A DNA stretch of 47,849 nucleotides from Octopus bimaculoides. Taxonomy: Eukaryota. Below are positions 11,906 to 35,529 of this stretch, in pieces. The notes beneath the pieces were generated by a model. That model worked only from the letters and a program-made list of their open reading frames with translations, made no database searches and was not told the origin of the DNA. The translations under genes were made by a program, and so were the position numbers. How positions within the stretch are numbered: position 1 is the first letter of the stretch; the number at the start of each line of letters is the position of its first letter. The stretch is from contig NC_068985.1 in the NCBI RefSeq assembly GCF_001194135.2, positions 34,176,765 to 34,224,613 on the forward strand. The letters are read 5' to 3'.

Positions 11906-12451
11906 AACTTTTACCACAAAGCGGTTGACTGTGATAATTTAAAGTTCGTTTTGGCTTTACATAGTTTTAAGCATGCTGCTTTTTTGTTCCTTCACAACTG
12001 CTTCTTCTTACCTAAGACTATAAAGCCAAAAAAATCAAAGTAGATCAGAGTCTGGTGAAGGCGAACAAACTGAAACTTTTAAATCACTGTCAACCTCTTG
12101 TAAAAGTTGATAAAAATGTACTCAATTAAAATGTGCTTTGTTATAGTTTCCATCTCCCAAATTCATTCCCATAGCAGTGGTTGTGGGCTATAGTAGAAGA
12201 CACTGGCCTAATAATTTTGTTGCCTGAAGGCTTTCATGTAGCAAGAACTTTGATTAAAGATGTCATCTATGAACCAACAAAATAAACTCTACTTGATGAA
12301 TTGAATGCTGTTATTTTTATGTCTATTTTCCCACGCTGGCATGGTGTGGATTGCTTGTACAAAGGTTAAATTTACTTATTTGTACATTTCTATACATATT
12401 CAGTTAGACATAAAAATCAATGTTAACAATTTTTTTCTATTTCTTTTGCAG

Positions 12452-12884
12452 CAACCTCCCAACTCGACTGCAGTCAGGTTCCCTATATCATCCTTTCCTT
12501 TTCTGGAGCAAGTCATTAAAATGGTTGTCTATTTTTTTTTTTTTTTGATTCTTCAGAAACTTTTTGGTTGAAGTGTATGTGTGTATACACCTCTTTCCTC
12601 ATATACACACATATGCAGATATACACTTATATCATTGTTTGAGTGATATTCTTTTTCCTTTGCTTATTCATGTTTTCCTTTGTTTTTATCAGTTTGTTAA
12701 ACCCCCTCCCCACCACCACCACATGAAAACAAGAAAACAATGATGCAACATGATGTCTTGTAGGTGCATTATTCTAAATTTGTCTACATGTGACCTTTTA
12801 CTATAAGGACAACAAACATTGATTCTGGTGTTTGTGTTATACTGCTCAATTGAATAGTTGTGGATGGTTTTACAATAAGCTGAA

Positions 12885-12937
<53 letters not shown>

Positions 12938-13162
12938 GCACTTGGATTATGGATTAAAATATATAATGAAATTAATGACATTTGAATTCCATTTTTTTTC
13001 ACTCTAAGAATATTTAATGTTTGCTATAGCTTGGAATTTGTATATAAAATTTAGTTAGATTTTATTTTTGTTAGGAACAATATATATTTATTGAGTCAGT
13101 TGACATTTATCTTATTCATTGTTAAATTCTTTTTATTTATGAATAAACCTTTAATTAATAAA
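12452..13162 (+). other. Putative terminal 3'-UTR exon of nucleobindin with AATAAA signals at 13142-13147 and 13157-13162
   Basis: Perfect donor TTT|gtaagt at 9241, 35 nt after the stop; strong acceptor aatttttttctatttcttttgcag ending at 12451; tandem AATAAA downstream. Inferred only, no transcript data. Confidence 0.45.
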
Positions 13163-16100
13163 CTTCATGTAAGGTTCTAGTTTTCTTTTAGAAAAATTTG
13201 GTTTTCTGTTCAGCATTGCCCCTTCATCCCCATGAACTTGATCTCTCATGTTAAATATGTATTTTACATTGCTCAACTTTAACAATATGGTATTACCATA
13301 CTACAGAGTTAGCTTCTCTGATGGAATTGGTGTTTTTATATACATCTTTCAGAATGTTGTTGTATATATTTACCATATATGAACAGAGAAGTTTAACAAT
13401 AATGAATTTTATATGTAGGTTATGGTATTTCAGAGTCTACTTATAAACTGTATTTCATACAGTTTTTGAAGCCTCTGATTCATCTAAATGAGTTTAGCAT
13501 TAGTATTGTTTTGCTAGGAAAAAAGGAGTAAAATCAAAAGCTTATTGAAATTAGAATATTTTTCTGATTTGAATTTTGAGAATAATAATAATAATAAAAA
13601 GTTATAAAAATTGGTTTTCAAATAGACAGGAAATATATTGAATACTATATTCCAGTAACTGACCTGAGATGCATTTCATTTTATTCCAATTTATGTTAGT
13701 ATTAAATTGGATGCTTATTCTGCTGATAAGTCTTATCCTGTTTTGTTATATCAAACAGTGATATCATTGTTTCTTTTTATAAATTTGTATGTCACAAACA
13801 ATTGCTTCATTTGTCTTTTTATGACTTTTTGTATTCAATGTTCACGAATAAAAAACAAAAAAAGGTTGATATTTGGGTCTATTGTATTGTGTGTGTCTTG
13901 CTTACTCACATTCCAATTGTTATTTTTTTTTTTCTTTCATTTATGTTATTTTCTCAGATTTGTTTAATTCATGAAGACTTGTTTTAGAAATCATAGGTAC
14001 TTAAATATTTCATTTAGTCTTCTCAAAAGGTTATTTTAGTTACGCACACTAACATGCACACACAAAATTTCCCAGCAGGTAAAGTAATTTACAATTAGTT
14101 TTAATATGAAAACAAAATCTCTATATTTTTTTAAATCATAAAATTCCGTTTCATATTTGAATTGGAAATATAAATTTTAATCTGAAGTTTTATACTTATT
14201 AGCTTGCTTACTTAGAGAAAAAAATGAACCCATTAAATAAACTTAACCTTCTCAGATGCCTTACTTATATTTCAATTTAATTTTAGTATGTACTAAGTTA
14301 TGTTATTTATTGTTTCTTTCCATAAAGATTGAACAACTTTGATTTATGTAACAACTGATCGTAAAAATACTATTACCCGCACTCTGTACATTAGGATTTT
14401 ACAAACAGCAGTTCTCTAATGAATAATAATTTGTTTTCATTATATTTTGTATATGATCATTATGACATAAGTTAACTACAACCCAATATATTTTTAGTGA
14501 AAAATATATTGTCATATATTGTTTCAAATTTACAAATTATATGTACAGACATCTTGAATTGTTAATCGAAAATTGTCATTTCAATTGAGCTTTTTTCCTC
14601 CAGTTGCAAATTTAGCAAATGAATAAAAAAAAAAAAAATCAATAAAAACTGAACCAAATGTTTTCCTTTTCTTTTCTTTTTATTGCATAAATGCATATTT
14701 GTGTGTGTGTGTGGGTGCTTTTTGTTCTGTTGAAATTACTTGAAATAATTTGGGAGACTTATCCACTTCCACTGAGGTATGTTGAAATACTACAGCAATT
14801 AGATACTACAACGTTCTTTCAACATAATACATACAAGGTTTGAAAAACATCAATATACTCTTGATGCAGAAAAAAAAAAAAGAAAAGAAATATCTAATAA
14901 TATAAAAAAACCTCAGAAAGATAATTTCTTTGAACTATTCACCTCATTTTAAACGATGAAAATATTTTAATTATTAGGTATCTTATTCTTGGATGTAGAC
15001 AAAGTATTAAACTTGAAAATTTTATAATAATTGTGCAGAAATTATTTTCATCTTGAGTTCAATCCCACTGTACAGCACCTTGTGCAAAAGTGATAGTTTG
15101 TTGAACTCAAAGCTATATATTATTGTTTGTATGAGTCTGTCTTGCTGAGTATGTACAGATATTGCCCTCAGAGAAACCTTTAATTTCAGTTTATCCTTCA
15201 TGCATTATTCTGGAATGAATTGAAGTTTAAATGACTATATAATAACCGCATGGACTTCATTGAAAACTGTCTTAATGTAGTGTGCCTTGGGGGAAAAACC
15301 AACCTGGTGGAAGCAATTTCTCAAGCTGTACATAGAAGAGGAATTGAATTCACTACTATAAGCTAATAAAACACTCATAGTGCTATCACTACTTACAACA
15401 GTGAGTTGCTCCTACAATATAGTACCAATTTTCAGCAAGCCATTTAAGAGTTAAATGGGTTAAGAGAAATAACTCAAGTGGCAAGGTGCATGTGTTTGAA
15501 TACATAGACAAATAGAAGTATTTAAAATATACAACAAAAATTCTTGATATCTTAAAATTATCTCCACTTCTAGAGAATGTATCATAAATACCAAATGGCA
15601 ATTATGACCAGCTCCATTTGAGAAGAGATAATCTCAAGATGTTTCCTAAACTGACATGCCATTAAGGAAAAGGACAAGCTTCTTGTCTGGAGATAAGCAC
15701 ACAGTCATGGACAAGTCACTGATACAAGAGCTGTTAACAGCATAACAATCGTCTGATCTTATTTCCAGCAGCCATGGTACTTAGACTTGTAGCAAACAGT
15801 AATTATGACCTTGGTGATTTGCATGATTTAAACAAAAATGAGCTAAGTGGTCAGGAGCATGTATTTAAATAAAATCATCATCATTTAATGTCTGTTTTCC
15901 ATGCTGGCATGAGTTAGATGGTTTGACATGGAGCTGTCCAGACTTCAATTGTCTGTTGTGACATTCTTCCTATGGCTGGGTGCATTTACACAGCACCAGA
16001 GCAAGAAAATGTGTCCACAACTGCCCTCTTTTCTCCAGATAATAAGGCTTATTTTTTTGTTCTTAATGGCATGTTAGTTTTGAAGAGTTCTTGAAACTTG

Positions 16101-16465
16101 AGTTTATCTCCCCTTCTCAAGTGGAGCTGGTCATAACTGTCGTTTGGTAATTATAATACATCCTCTAAAGGCAGAGATAGTTTTGATAAGCCAAAAATCT
16201 TTGTTGTATAGTATTTGACATACTGGTATTTGTGTAAGAGTCAACTATCTTGGCCAAGGACACATGTAATAATAGTGGTAGGATATCAACTATTTGTTGT
16301 TTTTAGTCCCACATCACTCTTGATTGAGCAGACCTACAATCAAAGGTATTCCAGCCATGACTATCTAGTCTTTTTAGAAACATGCCTCAGGCTAGATTAT
16401 CCTGTGTTTTTTCCTTAAAAAGACAGTAGGGTGTGATTTGAAGGAGATTTTGTTGCTATTTCTTA

Positions 16466-16650
16466 TTTCTTTACTGCCCACAAGTGGGGACAAACAAGGA
16501 CAGACAAATGCATAACTGGTACTTATTTAATTGACCCTGAAAGGATGAAAGGCAAAGTTGACCTTGACGGAATTTGAACTCAGAACGTAACGGCAGACAA
16601 AATACCGCTAAGCATTTCGCCCAGCGTGCTGTTTCTGCCAGCTTGCCACC
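16466..16650 (-). mobile_element. tRNA-derived SINE (same family as 31570-31780)
   Basis: Reverse complement matches GGTGAGCTGGCAGAAACGTTAGC..TTCTGAGTTCAAATTCCGCCGAGGTCGAC.. of the 31570 copy. Confidence 0.8.
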
Positions 16651-17325
16651 TTTTGTTGCTAGTACTAGTAGGTTAAGTGACTACATAGAGTTTATATCTG
16701 GTACCCAATACATTTGTCTGTTTGTGATCCTAATTGAATAAACTACACCCTCTACAAATATATGACTATGTATGAATCTAAGAAATCATATTTTTTTTTT
16801 ACAATTTAAAACAAGTTTCTTAACATTTAATTCTCAATTATATTGCTTATGATAGTAATACTTTTGATTATATTGAACTCTTTACAGTTACACTTTATTA
16901 CTACATTTCAAAACAACTTTTACTATCAAAGAAAGCATTTTTTTTTCAAAGAGGCCAATACTGATAGAAATTATCTCTCGCAAGAATGTGAGTTTGAGGG
17001 TCTTATTCAGTAAGAGGAGTTTAGAGATTTTATTTTCTAAACTGTTTTTAATTAGGATTCAGTAAGTATAGAAAATGTTGAGGTAGAGGAATGGCTTGTG
17101 AGAACCATGCAAGCCATGTATAAGGGTGCTATTCTATTAGTAAGAGCTAGCAAGTTTAGTAAGTAATTTATAAGGGAAGTAGTTGTGTTTATCAAGGCTT
17201 AATTCTTAGTGTCTTCCTGTTTATTATGCCCGTAGGACCCATTGTATGCTGATGATTTAGTTCTCATTAGCTAGATCATTAGACGAATTAGAGGAAATCT
17301 ATACTTAGTAGCTAATGCAAATATT

Positions 17326-17463
17326 CTTTTCTACTCAATGCAACTGGTATTTAATTTATAGACCCTGAAAGGAAAAGCTGACCTCGGCAGAATTTGAACT
17401 CAGAATGTAAAGACAGATGAAATACTGTTAAGCATTTTGCCTGGCATGCTAATGTTTCTGCCT
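17326..17463 (-). mobile_element. tRNA-derived SINE copy with 17-bp target-site duplication
   Basis: TAGCTAATGCAAATATT at 17309-17325 and 17464-17480 flanks a copy of the 31570 family. Confidence 0.8.
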
Positions 17464-17590
17464 TAGCTAATGCAAATATTGAATACACAAAAAAGTGTAA
17501 TGGGATATCAATCAGTCTTATATAGAAAGATTTCATATGTAACAGTGGCAACAAACAAGGAGAATGAAATTTCTGTTGTCCAGTAGTTGA

Positions 17591-18477
17591 GAGCTTCTGT
17601 TACCTTGGAGATCTTATCAGATATAGAAGTGGATGTTCCAGAATTATAGAAACCAGAGTAAGGAAGAGATGGAAAAAGTTTAAGTACCTCTGTTGACAAC
17701 AAAGGGTTTCTCTCTCTGAGCGAAGGAAAGACTGTATGATGCATATGTATTGAGAGCTTCTGTTGCCTTGAAGATCTAATCAGATGTAGAAGTGGGATTT
17801 CAAAATGATAGAAACCAGAATAAGGAAGAGATAGAAAAAAGTTCAGGTATTTCTGTTGACAACAAAGGGTTTCTCTCTCTGAGCGAAGGAAAGACTGTAT
17901 GATGCATATGTATTGAGAGCTTCTGTTANNNNNNNNNNNNNNNNNNNNNNNNNNNNNNNNNNNNNNNNNNNNNNNNNNNNNNNNNNNNNNNNNNNNNNNN
18001 NNNNNNNNNNNNNNNNNNNNNNNNNNNNNNNNNNNNNNNNNNNNNNNNNNNNNNNNNNNNNNNNNNNNNNNNNNNNNNNNNNNNNNNNNNNNNNNNNNNN
18101 NNNNNNNNNNNNNNNNNNNNNNNNNNNNNNNNNNNNNNNNNNNNNNNNNNNNNNNNNNNNNNNNNNNNNNNNNNNNNNNNNNNNNNNNNNNNNNNNNNNN
18201 NNNNNNNNNNNNNNNNNNNNNNNNNNNNNNNNNNNNNNNNNNNNNNNNNNNACCTCTGTTGACAACAAAGGGTTTCTCTCTCTGAGCGAAGGAAAGACTG
18301 TATGATGCATATGTATTGAGAGCTTCTGTTACCTTGGAGATCTAATCAGATGTAGAAGTGGGATTTCAAAATGATAGAAACCAGAATAAGGAAGAGATAG
18401 AAAAAAGTTCAGGTATTTCTGTTGACAATAAAGGGTTTCTCTCTCTGAGTGAAGGGAAGACTGTATGATGCATATGC
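17591..18477. repeat. 163-bp tandem repeat (at least 4 units) interrupted by an assembly gap
   Basis: GAGCTTCTGTT unit starts at 17591, 17754, 17917 and 18320; two alternating unit variants. Confidence 0.92.
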
Positions 18478-18893
18478 ATGACATGTACTATTGAATGGCA
18501 GTAAGATATGATTGTGATGGCATGGAGATGTGATGCATATGATGAATGATAGTTGAAAGAGAAAAGTATGAAATGATCATGTGGAAAAAGAGATGTGGGC
18601 AGAAGTGATGAGAGTTGTCTCAGGATACAAAACCTTACAAAGATGATGATGAGAACTGCAACATGAGGAAAGGTGCTATGTAGACATTTACTTATTTGAC
18701 CCATATTAGTATGTTAGTATGATGGTCATTCACACTGCCTAAAGTGACAGAAATACAAGAAGGTAAATATCGTTTCCATTTCAAAGTTAAGAAATAGTTT
18801 ACTATTGAACAGTTTTTGAATAATTATAAATTCACCAAAATATTGCAAGGATTGGCTCCTCTACATTGAACATTATACCCTTCTCATCAGGCT

Positions 18894-30911
<12,018 letters not shown>

Positions 30912-31569
30912 GATGAGGAAACTAGTGCCGTCTGTCGGCTACACAAGGGACGTAATCTTCATCATTAATTACCCCATTGCTCTTTTTTTCCTTTTTAGTT
31001 TATCCTGTCCAAGGCAGACAACTCTTGTCGTAAGCTGGTTGTTATTTTCACAGTTCCACCCTAAAAGTTTCTTGGTCAAACCATCTTCTCCACCTCTTAG
31101 ATAAACTATATCTACAATTACATTACCCAGTGTATCTTATTTTCTTTTAGACGATAAGATGTGGTTTGGGGAGAATGAGCTGTTTCCTTTTCAAGCACCA
31201 CGAGCGATTATGCAAGAAGAAATTTTTATCATGCTATGACTGAAAGTTCTACTCCGATTGGCAAGATGATGCCATTACTAAAAATAAATGTCAAAAAATC
31301 CAAAATTACAGCAAACGCAATTCTGTATAACGTGGTAGGTATTCTTGAGTATGTGTGCTTGCGTGTGTATGTGTGGATTTCGTGTTGGTCTGTGTAACTG
31401 TGGATTATCTAATACACATATCCTGAAAATAGCCTTCTGCATTCAGTGAATTTTGTAATACTTGATACTATAATATTTGTACGTATTTAACCGGGACTCA
31501 GCTTGGCTATACTTACCAGTGCATCTAGGGACGCATCTGCACTGCGAAAAATAATGGATCTTTTAAGAC

Positions 31570-31787
31570 GGTGAGCTGGCAGAAACGTTAGCATACCGGG
31601 CGAAATGTTTAGCGGTATTTCGACTGTCTTTATGTTCTGAGTTCAAATTCCGCCGAGGTCGACTTTACTTTTCATCATTTCGGGGTCGATAAATTAAGTA
31701 CTAGTTGAGCACCGGGGTCAATCTAATCGACTGGTCCCCTTCCCAAAAATTTCGGGCCTTGTACTTAGAGTAGAAAAAAAAAAAAAG
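31570..31787 (+). mobile_element. tRNA-derived SINE, well preserved, poly-A tail
   Basis: B-box-like GAGTTCAAATTCC; A-tail at ~31774-31787; related copies at 16466, 17326 and a decayed one at ~355-460. Confidence 0.8.
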
Positions 31788-32601
31788 GACTTTTTTACAA
31801 ATTCATAAGTATGTCCGTCATCACACTTAGAAATACATTAAGAATATTACAATATGTTAACCAACTTATATAGTTATAAAATTCATACATTGAGTGTTGA
31901 AAGTAGCTAAGATTAAATTTTGGTCTTAAACTTCAAACCAGCTTTTTGTTTTGTTTTTTTTCATTGGAGTTTAGACAATTTAGCCAGCGGGTAAATTGAA
32001 ATTTGAATGAGAGCAAAATTTGAACGCGTCGAGAAGTTCCGCATTCCGTGACAAGTTTTTAGAGTTTTCAGAGAACAAAAAAGTTAGATAGTTGAAGGCC
32101 AGAGATGGATTAAAGTGTCTCAGCCCTCTCATTCATATTTTTGAGTTTTATTTAAATGACGTCTCGTAACTTCGAGTTTTTTCTTTTTTGCTGTAAAGGC
32201 AAACTGTTATATTTGTGCATGCATGCATGTATGCATGTATGTATGTATGTATGTATGTATGTATGTATGTATGTCATTATTCAGTTTTATTTCAAGATTT
32301 CTTGCTAATAGAGAAAGAGCCGGTTTCTAATCTAGATCCAAGGCTGCTTCTATATAATTTCAACGTCGACGGCATTTTTGTATGTATATGTGCAGATTTG
32401 TATGTTTTGTTTTATGTATGTATTCTCATGTCTAGACATGTTTATATATACTTAAATGATAAACTTCTGGAAAGTTTTACAGATTTTTACAGTTCCAGTG
32501 ATGGCTTAGATCTGTAGTCTTCGAATCAGCTTTCTACTTTCTGGTTTTGAGGAGCCTGATTTCTTAAGATTAGTACTTAGGCAGTGTGTTACTTATCTCA
32601 G

Positions 32602-32725
32602 TGTGGAGGCGCAATGGCCCAGTGGTTAGGGCAGCGGACTAGCGGTCATAGGATCGCGGTTTCGATTCCCAAACCGGGCGTTGTGAGTGTTTATTGAGCG
32701 AAAACACCTAAAGCCCCACGAGGCT
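32602..32725 (+). mobile_element. tRNA-derived SINE head, 3'-truncated
   Basis: TGGCCCAGTGGTTAGGGCAGCGGACT..GGTTTCGATTCCC with A and B boxes; no acceptor-stem pairing. Confidence 0.65.
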
Positions 32726-32900
32726 CCGTTCAAATGTTGCTATGAGTACTGGTACTGCAAACACTTTGTGAGCCACTCTGTTATTGAATACAGAGAGTTC
32801 CAAGGTCCAAATTTTCTTTATTCGGCTGTAATATTCTGTAGTGACCCGTGTTTTGTTACAGGTGCCATCGTAAGATATGTTTTCATCCACCCCGGTTTCG
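32726..32900 (-). mobile_element. R4/Dong-like non-LTR retrotransposon fragment (post-RT region)
   Basis: ORF 32708-32911 GVDENISYDGTCNKTRVTTEYYSRIKKIWTLELSVFNNRVAHKVFAVPVL resembles the region after RT motif 7 of R4/Dong elements (recalled). Confidence 0.6.
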
Positions 32901-34869
32901 AATCTAAGCACGGAAAAAGGAAGTGTTAGTTGTAACGCTTGAAGGTTCTCATGTCGGAGTACCAGTAAACATCGAAGAAGGAAGAAATGTTATTTACATA
33001 TGTTTATTCGTTTGCCCGACAGGTAGTTAAAGAGACAGTAGCAATTTTAGTGATAGTGACAAGGATGGCTCGCTGGTTAGTAGTTGATATGTAGAAAAAG
33101 GTTGTCTATCAGTAGAGAGGGAAAGAGTAAGGAAGGCATGGTGCTGACTAGAAAGAAAGAAAGGATAAAGGAAGTGTAGTAACGCCTTGTCTCGTGCGCA
33201 TGCGTAGTCATCAATATCCAAGTTTGGCGCCCTGATTCTTTCTCTTTTCTCGCCGGCCGGCGACGATGGCAGACGTCCAACAGCGGAGCTCTCTAACATG
33301 TCAGCACCAGAGCTTCACAAATAACTGCTGCCTATTTTCACCATAAATAAATATTGTTGTGTTGATAGCTCGGAGTCAGCGTTTCGTTGTTTATTTAGAA
33401 TTTAATATAGGAAAGCAGGTGTACACCTAATGGTGTATAACCAATTTACTATAGAAGCATTGTCTTTCTTGCGGCCGAAAGCCTTTCTTAGCATGTCGAG
33501 CGAAAGGCGAAGGGAAGTGCTGCTCTTAGTTAAGAAGGCTGATACAAAAGCCGATGTTGCTCCTTGGTCATAGCTGACACCAGCGGAAGAGGTAGGAAAT
33601 TCTCTCTGTTATATAGACTATGGTCAGTAATGTAGGTCAAACCTTAAACAAAGGACTGACCTTTCCTTGACCAGTACAGATCCTAGGGAGTGGAGTGTTT
33701 CCTTATCAATCATCTAGTGTGGAGGATTCCCCGCTAGTTTTGACAAGCAACAAGCCGGTGGATTTGGTTTCAAATCTGAGGCAGGGTCAAGCTAGTACGT
33801 TACGCTACTCCCCCACTGGAGAGTTTTTAAACAAAGAAACGAACGACCTTGGGAAAAGAGTGCATTCAGACAAAAAATTCATTTTAAGACAAGGTGGAAA
33901 TAACGTTCAATTGTTAAAAGTATTTTGTTGTTAGTGAATGTGATGCAAGGCTGAGAAAAATTGTGCATTACAGGAGAGAATCTTGAGAAGGTATACGGGA
34001 CAAGTATCTATTCGTGTGAGTTCGAAAAGCGGTGTCGCTTTGTTTGTGCAGAATGCAGAATATGCCAGTCGGTGCGCGACTGAGGCAGAGTGAACGAACG
34101 TGCGCATGAGTGCCAGTTGCTATGTGAATGAGGCAGTGAGTGAGCGTGCAAGAGCGTATACATGAGTGCGAGAGAAAGTCCTGCAGCTGTGGAATAAGCT
34201 GAGGCGAGAGAGTGTGTGCATTCTCTATCTATGGTATAAGCAAAAGTTTTCTTGCAAGATTGCATTTTGTGTGAAAATGCCTTGAAAGGGTACAGAAGGG
34301 AATTGTGTCTGGCATTGTTGCCGTGGGCCTTTGCTAAGAACGACGAAAGTGTGACGTGCTGGCGCGTTGCGTCGTACAAACAATTTTCTCTATTAACTTC
34401 GTGACCAACCTGAGGTTGAACAGACAAGTTGTGTCTGACAAGAGTGCAGAGAGCATGAGTTGACATCCGACGTACACAGAGTCGGGGAAAAGAGCTGAAC
34501 GGGCACAGACACGAGAACATCTCTAAAGGCACTGTTTTAGTGCATGTGTGTAAGTGGGTGCAGGCAGGCAGGCTGGTGTGTGAATGTTGAGAAAAATGTT
34601 TGTTTTGTTTTACAAACAAAATACAGAGCATTGGTCAGCGTGCGAAGAAATTGCAGACATCCAAAAGAAGAAAATCTAGCAGAAACCATTTAATAAAAAC
34701 AGGTGAACAATGCGTGTGCATGAAATGTGCAATGCCAGGCCAACGAAAAAAATATAAAAATATAGAACACTCAAAAACATACAGTTCTATATTTAAGAGA
34801 TGAGGAATTATGTACATTATTTACATTATTTATATTTGATGGATATTTGTTCTCATCTTGTTTGTTGTT

Positions 34870-34915
34870 AACACAATGTTTCGGCTGATATACACTTCAG
34901 CCTTCATCAAGTGTC
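34870..34915 (-). ncRNA. Degenerate hammerhead copy (core TTGATGA, GAAACATT)
   Basis: Same stems I and II as 35191-35236, different stem II loop. Confidence 0.55.
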
Positions 34916-34967
34916 TTGGGGAAATTTTGAACCTGGGTTCTCATTCCTGAGGTATTTTTCGATGTTG

Positions 34968-35028
<61 letters not shown>

Positions 35029-35030
35029 GT

Positions 35031-35104
35031 GGGCATATGGCGTAGTGGTTAAGAGCGCGGGCTACTAACCCCAAGATTCCGAGTTCGATTCCAGGCAGTG
35101 ACCT
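35031..35104 (+). other. tRNA-derived Pol III-type segment (A box 35038-35048, B box 35081-35092); not a functional tRNA
   Basis: TGGCGTAGTGG and GAGTTCGATTCC. Cloverleaf is degenerate: no acceptor stem, 3-bp anticodon stem, mismatched T stem. Confidence 0.75.
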
Positions 35105-35190
35105 GAATAATAATAATAATAACAACAACAACAACAACAACATTGAAAAATACCTGAGGAATAAGAACCCAGGTTCGAAATTTCCCCCAA

Positions 35191-35236
35191 GACACCTGAT
35201 GAAGGCTGGAGGGTATATCAGCCGAAACGTTGTGTT
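35191..35236 (+). ncRNA. Minimal type I hammerhead ribozyme motif (Penelope-type)
   Basis: Stem I GACAC/GTGTT, core CTGATGA, extra A, stem II GGCTG-N10-CAGCC, GAAA, palindromic ACGT in place of stem III, predicted cleavage triplet GUU. Confidence 0.72.
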
Positions 35237-35529
35237 AACCACAAACAATGAGGACAAATATCCGTCAAATGTAAATAATGTAAATACTGTAAATAATGTA
35301 TTCAAAAACATATTCATATGAATTCAGTTGTTCTAGTGAAATGAGTCGTCGCGGAATTGAGTGGTACGTGTAAACAAATGAAGGTGTGCAGTGCAAACAT
35401 AACAAAATGAAGTAGGTAAAAAACTTGGTTAGAAAGTGTTCTGGTCCTGAAAAGCCAAAAAGTAGCATTGAAATGCAAAAATAGGTGCATGCAAAGAAAA
35501 TTCAAGTCTATGGCTGTCGAAAACGTTGC

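Larger units (their letters stand above)
34785..35300. mobile_element. Inverted pair of Penelope-like terminal repeats (tail(-) / (ATT)n / tRNA-like head(+) / (AAT)n / tail(+))
   Basis: 34811-34985 is the reverse complement of 35107-35300; the same module follows the GIY-YIG ORF at 46591-46880. Confidence 0.8.

Noticed and set aside
12452-12571. Hydrophobic C-terminus (VIKMVVYFFFFLIL) as a membrane anchor isoform
   Set aside because: The Phe run derives from a T homopolymer typical of UTRs; kept only as a testable splice possibility.
31509-31517. ATACTTACC, resembling the U1 snRNA 5' end
   Set aside because: The following sequence does not match U1; this is simply the complement of a donor-like motif.
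33455-33592. AG..GT-bounded segment with small GAAA-type hairpins as an exon or structured RNA
   Set aside because: Stops in all three frames; stems are short and single-copy.
35031-35104. tRNA gene (apparent ACT anticodon); likewise 32602-32680 and 10360-10436
   Set aside because: Acceptor stem absent, anticodon and T stems broken, embedded in repeats; treated as tRNA-derived segments.
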